This document shows, one piece after another, positions 57,718 through 64,000 of a stretch of 64,000 nt of DNA. The notes below the pieces were generated by a model. It saw nothing but the letters and a program-made list of their open reading frames with translations, had not been told where the DNA came from and did not search any database. Source of the stretch: an uncultured Gammaproteobacteria bacterium (GTDB lineage: Bacteria; Patescibacteriota; Microgenomatia; Levybacterales; GWA1-39-11). Each line of letters opens with the position of its first letter. Position 1 is the stretch's first letter. Location of the stretch: the NCBI GenBank assembly GCA_964452165.1, contig CAYVKP010000001.1, forward strand, positions 554,729 to 618,728. The letters run 5' to 3'. The position numbers were made by a program, and so were the translations under genes.

Positions 57718-57784
57718 GATAGCTCAACGGTAGAGCAAAAGCCTTTTAAGCTTTTGGTTCTGGGTTCGAATCCCAGTCGGCTCA
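57713..57784 (+). tRNA. tRNA-Lys (anticodon TTT)
   Basis: Acceptor GGGCCGA/TCGGCTC, anticodon loop CTTTTAA, T-arm CTGGG-TTCGAAT-CCCAG. Confidence 0.8.
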
Positions 57785-57794
57785 CAATTTGAGG

Positions 57795-58289
57795 TTATTT
57801 TCTTGGAGGAAATACCCCAGCATCAAGTTCACTCACGGGTTTTTGCTCACCTGGCTTATATGAAAATTGATCCTTCAATTTAGCGCTAAGATCCTTACCT
57901 GCAAGACCTTCATCTAAACTTTCTTTTATTGACTTAACAACTTCATCTAAATTGGTGATGTTTGGTTTTTCAAGATGAGTTACTCCTGCTGTTCTGGCAT
58001 CAACTTGCGGTTGGTCGGAGTATCTTATTACACCATGCCCTGCACCGGGATTATCGGAAAGACTGATTACAGGAACTCCAGATTCAACAACTTCGTTTAT
58101 AGCTGGGAGAAGTTCGTTTTGTGTTGCACCGTTAGCATGCCCAATTAGTATCATAGCGTTGGCATCTTTTGCAATTGTTCTGAGAACGTCAGGAGACATT
58201 CCAGGTAAAATATTTACTATTGGGATTCTGTGTCCGCTTTTAACTTCAGGTTCTTTAGCAGCGTTTGGTTCTCCGGGAAACTCAGTCAT
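57795..58289 (-). CDS. Stand-alone asparaginase C-terminal-domain-like protein (164 aa)
   Basis: IPIVNILPGMSPDVLRTIAKDANAMILIGHANGATQNELLPAINEVVESGVPVI parallels the asparaginase C-domain GVVLEGxGxGNxP...LxxAxxxGIPVV. An extended -10 (TGGTATAAT) lies 10 nt upstream. Confidence 0.4.
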   Translation of the reverse strand: MTEFPGEPNAAKEPEVKSGHRIPIVNILPGMSPDVLRTIAKDANAMILIGHANGATQNELLPAINEVVESGVPVISLSDNPGAGHGVIRYSDQPQVDARTAGVTHLEKPNITNLDEVVKSIKESLDEGLAGKDLSAKLKDQFSYKPGEQKPVSELDAGVFPPRK

Positions 58290-58433
58290 AGTTTTACCTA
58301 TTATACCACTGGATTCTAATTCCTATTGGTAGTTGGTCAGTAGATTTGAATTGACTTCAGGATTTTGAACTATCTTCCATTGTTCTAAAGAGGCCCGAAT
58401 CTGGTTTCCAATTCAAAACATTTGGCTCACAAG

Positions 58434-59735
58434 TTAGTGCTTTGTTATTGCGTGAGTAAGTTCTGCTTCGGCCTCAGCCTCCGTAATGTGTTTGTGTTTC
58501 AGATTGTGTGAGTCAATACTTTTTGCAATCCAAATCATTGCAAATTGCGATACTAAAACCGCAACCGGAATGACCCTCAATGAAAAGTCTGATGAAATAA
58601 ATTTATAAGCCGCAATCAGCGCCAAAATTGAGGTGATCCTTCCAAGATTTAAATAAACCTCCTCGTCATAGATAAAGGAGTAGTGGTTATGACCGGTTTG
58701 AGCTTCTTCTCTGTCAATAGAGTCATTGCTAAGTGAGGCATAAGAGACTCCATAAAGGGGATAGCCAATTGAAGTTGTTGCGATAAGAAGTAATGCTCCA
58801 AGCCCCGAGTAAAGAAGACTAAAGGAAAGTGTTCCCAGGAAAATCAGGATAACACCTACGGCAAAAAGTGCAACCCTATGTTTTTGTGATAATTTTCTCC
58901 CGGTAAAGTATGCAGCTATGACTGATAGTACCGATGCCAGTGATTGCACAAGCCCGAGCTTATCTTCATTCCCAACGAAAATTAAAATGAAAAGAGTTGG
59001 AAGGAATAGCTCAACCCCATGGTATAGACCAACAAGGTAAGTAAATACTCTCATGTCATTCCACGTTTTTGTTACCCTTGATAAGCTTACTTTGGAAATT
59101 GGGTCAGTCTTAACATTGGAATTTTTGAGGCAGTAGCCTGAGATGAAAGAAATCACAATAGCGGCCAAAGCTATTGCTCTGTATGCAAAATTTATTGAGT
59201 AAAGATTTACTTTATCACCGAATACTAGTACCCAACCTATGATTATGGGGACCAAGATTGATAATAGTATGCCCGAGGCAGCCTCAAGGCTTGAGAAATA
59301 AATTCGGTTGGTTGTGTCCGTGGTTTTTATTGTCAGAAGGGTTCTGTTTGCCCAGAAAAAGCCCGCTCCAATACCCAGCAATCCCCCAAACAAAATGGCT
59401 ATTGGATAATTGACACGTGGCGAGAACATTAAAAGAAAAACTGTTAGTCCTTGCAAGATGTTGCCCGCCATAAAAAGAGCTTTGGGACTAAATCTTTTTA
59501 GGAAAAGTCCATTTATATAAAAAGTTACGGGTAGGGCAACGCACCAAGGTAGAAAATATGTGGCGATTAAAAAAATATCATGCGAATTTCTCCACAAAAA
59601 AGCATTGGTAAACAAATATAAAACAGGGTCGATGATGTTATAGAAAAATATTGCCTTGATAAGTCTCTGTCCATCAGCGCTCAATGCTCTAAAATATGAA
59701 ATCTCTTTTGAGATAGTTTTTTTAAATAAATCCAT
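58434..59735 (-). CDS. MFS-type transporter
   Basis: About 12 TM helices with an MFS-like loop GRKLSQKHR between helices. Confidence 0.6.
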   Translation of the reverse strand: MDLFKKTISKEISYFRALSADGQRLIKAIFFYNIIDPVLYLFTNAFLWRNSHDIFLIATYFLPWCVALPVTFYINGLFLKRFSPKALFMAGNILQGLTVFLLMFSPRVNYPIAILFGGLLGIGAGFFWANRTLLTIKTTDTTNRIYFSSLEAASGILLSILVPIIIGWVLVFGDKVNLYSINFAYRAIALAAIVISFISGYCLKNSNVKTDPISKVSLSRVTKTWNDMRVFTYLVGLYHGVELFLPTLFILIFVGNEDKLGLVQSLASVLSVIAAYFTGRKLSQKHRVALFAVGVILIFLGTLSFSLLYSGLGALLLIATTSIGYPLYGVSYASLSNDSIDREEAQTGHNHYSFIYDEEVYLNLGRITSILALIAAYKFISSDFSLRVIPVAVLVSQFAMIWIAKSIDSHNLKHKHITEAEAEAELTHAITKH

Positions 59736-59757
59736 TCAAAAATAATTATACCAAGCT

Positions 59758-60291
59758 TTACTTAAGTTGGCTCAGAAGTTGTTTGAGGAATGTATTTGAA
59801 ATATTCATATCGGCATTTTCAATGAATTCCCCCAAGTTCTTTTTCTGTTGGTCCGCATATTCTTTTGCCTGGATAGCGGTTTCAAGCTTATCTATTTCCC
59901 AGACTAGTTGTGCTTCTCGTGTTTTTCTTGCAAGTAACTCATGAAATAGTTTTGGATACTGTGGGTCAATACTTTTGAAAATCTTCTTGATAGCCGCAAG
60001 CTCTCTTTTTTCTTTATCCAGTCTAGTATTATCAGATATTTTTCGTCCTCTTTGCCACACAATATCACCAATTTCCGCTTCGCCAATGTCATGAATCACC
60101 ATCATTTTTATGAACTTGAGTTCATCAACTTTTAAATATGGAGCAAGAATCATCGCCAACACTGCGCTTCTAAAACTGTGATCGGCTACGCTCTCGGAAT
60201 TTTTGATTTTCTCCCTAACCCAACCGGATCTCTTGAGACTTTTTAATTTGCTGATGGTTTTTGCAAACTTAATGAGGTTTTGGGCGCGCAT
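59758..60291 (-). CDS. HD-domain phosphohydrolase (YfbR/HDDC2-like 5'-deoxynucleotidase)
   Basis: RSGW...ESVADHSFRSAVLA...IHDIGEAEIGDI is the H...HD...D metal-binding pattern. Confidence 0.65.
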   Translation of the reverse strand: MRAQNLIKFAKTISKLKSLKRSGWVREKIKNSESVADHSFRSAVLAMILAPYLKVDELKFIKMMVIHDIGEAEIGDIVWQRGRKISDNTRLDKEKRELAAIKKIFKSIDPQYPKLFHELLARKTREAQLVWEIDKLETAIQAKEYADQQKKNLGEFIENADMNISNTFLKQLLSQLK

Positions 60292-60295
60292 GGCC

Positions 60296-61621
<1,326 letters not shown>

Positions 61622-62053
61622 TTATGGGCGGTTCAAAATTTTTACAACAATTTTTCCTCCTGGGGTATTAATTTCCGCTGTATCGCCGTGGCTTGCAAGT
61701 AATGCTTTTCCAATCGGGGAGTTTGCAGAAAGCTTGTGTTCGGCGGGGTTTGCTTCAAAATCACCAACAATTTCATAGGTAACTTGTTTACCATTTTGTT
61801 CAACGACAAATCTTTGAGAGTCAACTACGTCGGCCAGTTTTGTTTGAAGAGATAATCTACGAAGTTGTGAGTCGATTGACCGCAGGCGCTGTTTTGCGGC
61901 AGTATAAAGTCCGTTTTCTGAAAGATCTCCCATCTCTCTTGCGCGAGATAGTTCTTTGACAGCGGCGGGCCGGCTATTCTCAAGTTGCGCAACCTGCTTC
62001 TTTAAATCCTCAAGACCTTCTTTTGTAAATTTAATTCTCCTTAGTTGTCTCAT
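61622..62053 (-). CDS. greA: Transcription elongation factor GreA
   Basis: An N-terminal coiled coil containing the acidic-tip motif GDLSENGLYTAAKQRL, plus a C-terminal FKBP-like domain. Confidence 0.85.
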   Translation of the reverse strand: MRQLRRIKFTKEGLEDLKKQVAQLENSRPAAVKELSRAREMGDLSENGLYTAAKQRLRSIDSQLRRLSLQTKLADVVDSQRFVVEQNGKQVTYEIVGDFEANPAEHKLSANSPIGKALLASHGDTAEINTPGGKIVVKILNRP

Positions 62054-63000
62054 AAAGTATTAACTATCTGCCTAACATCTTCCAGATTTTTGGTTGTCAT
62101 GAATTTCTCTCGCAGTTCCTTTGCATTCGGGAGCCCGAGTGTGTAGATTTTATAGAACTTTCTCAAAATTTCAAAGTGTTTGTTTTCTCCCCATTGTTGC
62201 TCGAATAATTCCGAATGGCGCATGAGCAGTTCCATTCTTTGTTTGAGAGTTAAATTTTCTATGTTTTGCGTACCACCAAACAGGAATGGATTTTTAAATA
62301 TTCCGCGGCCCATCATGACTCCATCAATTTTATATTGCTCAGTAATTTCCTTCGCTTGTTCTACTGATTCTACGTCCCCATTTGCCAGGAGTACGGTCTG
62401 CTTATTAATTTTATTTCTCAGCTCAACAATTCTTGGAAGTTCTTCCCAGTGTGGAGGAGGGGCCGACATCTCCCTGGCAGTCCGCAAGTGAACGGTTAGG
62501 GCGTCAATATTTTGTTCAAGTAAAAAAGAGATCCATTCTTCGGTTACTATATCTTTTATTCCGATTCTTGTTTTGACCGAAACAGGTAAATCCAGGGCGC
62601 CCCCCTTGGTCGCAGTAATAATTTCCGTGACAAGCTCGTGATTATGAATAAGTCCAGCACACGCTCCCCGTTTTACAACATTTTTTTCAGGACAACCCAT
62701 ATTGATATCAATTCCGTCATAACCCATCTCAGCAATTTTTTGAGCAGCTTTCGCATAATTCTCTGGTTTCATTCCCCAGATCTGTGCGATTAACGGTCTT
62801 TCCTCCGGCGTGAAGATTAAGCGGTGTTCTACTTGCTTTGCTCCCTTTGAAAAAAGCCCATCAACGTTGGTAAATTCGGTAAAGTAAACGCTAGGTCTGC
62901 CGCAATAATTTATTACACGGCGAAAAACCGTATCGGTTACTCCCTCCATTGGAGCGAGCGCTAGAATTGGCTTGTTTAAATTTTGCCAGAAGTCTTTCAT
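62050..63000 (-). CDS. dus: tRNA-dihydrouridine synthase
   Basis: LAPMEGVTDTVFRR...GYDGIDINMGCP is the Dus TIM-barrel signature with the catalytic Cys. Confidence 0.8.
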   Translation of the reverse strand: MKDFWQNLNKPILALAPMEGVTDTVFRRVINYCGRPSVYFTEFTNVDGLFSKGAKQVEHRLIFTPEERPLIAQIWGMKPENYAKAAQKIAEMGYDGIDINMGCPEKNVVKRGACAGLIHNHELVTEIITATKGGALDLPVSVKTRIGIKDIVTEEWISFLLEQNIDALTVHLRTAREMSAPPPHWEELPRIVELRNKINKQTVLLANGDVESVEQAKEITEQYKIDGVMMGRGIFKNPFLFGGTQNIENLTLKQRMELLMRHSELFEQQWGENKHFEILRKFYKIYTLGLPNAKELREKFMTTKNLEDVRQIVNTL

Positions 63001-63653
63001 TAATTTTTGTCTATGTAGCCAAGTGATTCCGGGAAAGTATCAGCAAAGAAATCTACCGAAATGTTATCGAAATCTTTTTTAGTCCGGAGACCGCTTTCAA
63101 GGACTGCGATAAAATGAATGTTTGCGCCCTTTGCAGCGATTCCATCACTCGGAGAATCTCCAATGTAAACGGTTTCGTTTCGTTCGGTTTGGAATTCTTC
63201 AAGTATGGCATCAAAAACTCTTGGGTCAGGCTTCAAATACGCAGAGTTATCTGTGTGGTAGATTTTCTCAACGTATCGGTTGAGATGATGAGACTCGTCG
63301 AGTAAGTGCTTTGCTTCAGCCATGCTTCGAGAAGTAAGAATCGCAAGATGTTTTCCCTCATTTCTCAGTTGTTCAAGCACCGTAACGTTGTCTTCATCGA
63401 CAACATCCAGTAATCCATCTTTTACAAAGTCTGGGAGAGTTTTTTGTAGTTCTATCATGAATTTATCGGGATCAATTCCGGGAATTCTTTCAACAATTGC
63501 GGCCTTTACGGGTTTTCCCCAGTTTGCTTGATGAGCTGCGCGTGCCATAGGTTCAAAACCGAGTTTTTTGGCAATTATATTCTCAATGTTAAAAGTAGCT
63601 TCCTCAGTAAGCGAGAGAGTGTCGTCAAAATCAACCACAACAAGCTTTATCAT
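63000..63653 (-). CDS. HAD-superfamily hydrolase (phosphatase/beta-PGM-like)
   Basis: VVDFDDTL is motif I (DxD), LTSRS is motif II, and GDSPSDGIAA is motif IV. Confidence 0.7.
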   Translation of the reverse strand: MIKLVVVDFDDTLSLTEEATFNIENIIAKKLGFEPMARAAHQANWGKPVKAAIVERIPGIDPDKFMIELQKTLPDFVKDGLLDVVDEDNVTVLEQLRNEGKHLAILTSRSMAEAKHLLDESHHLNRYVEKIYHTDNSAYLKPDPRVFDAILEEFQTERNETVYIGDSPSDGIAAKGANIHFIAVLESGLRTKKDFDNISVDFFADTFPESLGYIDKN

Positions 63654-63655
63654 TA

Positions 63656-64000
63656 TTATTCCTTCTGAATATTTCTATCTATTATTGAAGTTGCCGCACT
63701 TACAAACTTTCTTCCTCCGTGACTCGAAGTATAACCTTTGAGAATTTTTACTTTATATCCCAGATCGAAAGCGTCGAATGCCGTAGCAAGAACGCACGCG
63801 TCAATTGCGATGCCGCAGAGATACAGGTCGGTTATTTTATTTTTGGTTAAAAACTTAACGAATTTTTTGTTCTTGAAAATTGAATAAGTTTGTTTTGTAA
63901 ACAAATTCCTATCGTTCACGAATCTTGCAAGATCCTGGTGAATATCGATTTCAGGCGAATTCATAACTTTTCTCCAATTCAGAAGCTTCACGTAGTTTGT
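63656..64000 (-). CDS. Isochorismatase-family cysteine hydrolase, C-terminal part (N-terminus beyond the window edge)
   Basis: DLYLCGIAIDACVLATAFDAFDLGYKVKIL contains the catalytic Cys region. The frame is open to the right edge. Confidence 0.6.
   Translation of the reverse strand, partial: TNYVKLLNWRKVMNSPEIDIHQDLARFVNDRNLFTKQTYSIFKNKKFVKFLTKNKITDLYLCGIAIDACVLATAFDAFDLGYKVKILKGYTSSHGGRKFVSAATSIIDRNIQKE

Overview
This 64-kb window is gene-dense, low-to-moderate GC, and reads like a small-genome bacterium with a Gram-positive-type envelope (MurT/GatD, LemA, SEDS, LysM). A CPR/Patescibacteria-like organism is plausible but cannot be proven from sequence alone. I found no rRNA, CRISPR array, transposase or integrase.

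Housekeeping content, in window order:
- Division and translation genes at the left end: the ftsZ 3' end, ileS, a SEDS family gene, rplU, rpmA, an orphan parB and lepB.
- Five tRNAs: Val-CAC, Asp-GTC, Gly-CCC (minus strand), Glu-TTC (minus strand) and Lys-TTT.
- A roughly 16-kb (10203-26276), about 16-gene co-directional operon for surface glycan synthesis or protein glycosylation. It starts with a PfkB-type sugar kinase and contains GT1, four GT2, two Wzx-type flippases, a DegT aminotransferase, a nucleotide-sugar dehydrogenase, a CgeB-like GT, two SAM methyltransferases, GT-C-like membrane proteins and an O-antigen-ligase-like protein.
- On the minus strand, a complete F1Fo ATP synthase operon (atpBEFHAGDC) with its own sigma70-like promoter, directly downstream of dnaE.
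- Upstream of dnaE on the minus strand: a minimal GGDEF protein, gatCAB, a murT-gatD (lipid II amidation) pair, htpX, lemA and a PolX/PHP polymerase.
- A right-hand section with pyrG, rplS, GNAT, MFS, an HD-domain protein, purA, greA, dus, a HAD hydrolase and an isochorismatase-like gene (partial).

The most unusual items:
- A higher-GC two-gene insert between tRNA-Gly and pyrG. It encodes a Q-rich unknown protein and an amidinotransferase-fold (agmatine-deiminase/PAD-like) enzyme.
- An asparaginase N-terminal relic abutting gatCAB, plus a stand-alone asparaginase C-domain protein 17 kb away.
- A 21-nt exact direct repeat bracketing a Tat-signal gene.
- A heptanucleotide repeat inside the first glycosyltransferase, a candidate for phase variation.
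- A 245-nt GC-rich structured leader before rplS.
- A pseudo-tRNA 5' half fused upstream of tRNA-Val, and tandem repeats overlapping the tRNA-Lys 5' end.
- Several genes whose -10 box sits 5-11 nt from the start codon, suggesting leaderless mRNAs.
- Two small unannotated proteins: a KGG-like 46-aa ORF and a 64-aa hyper-acidic protein.
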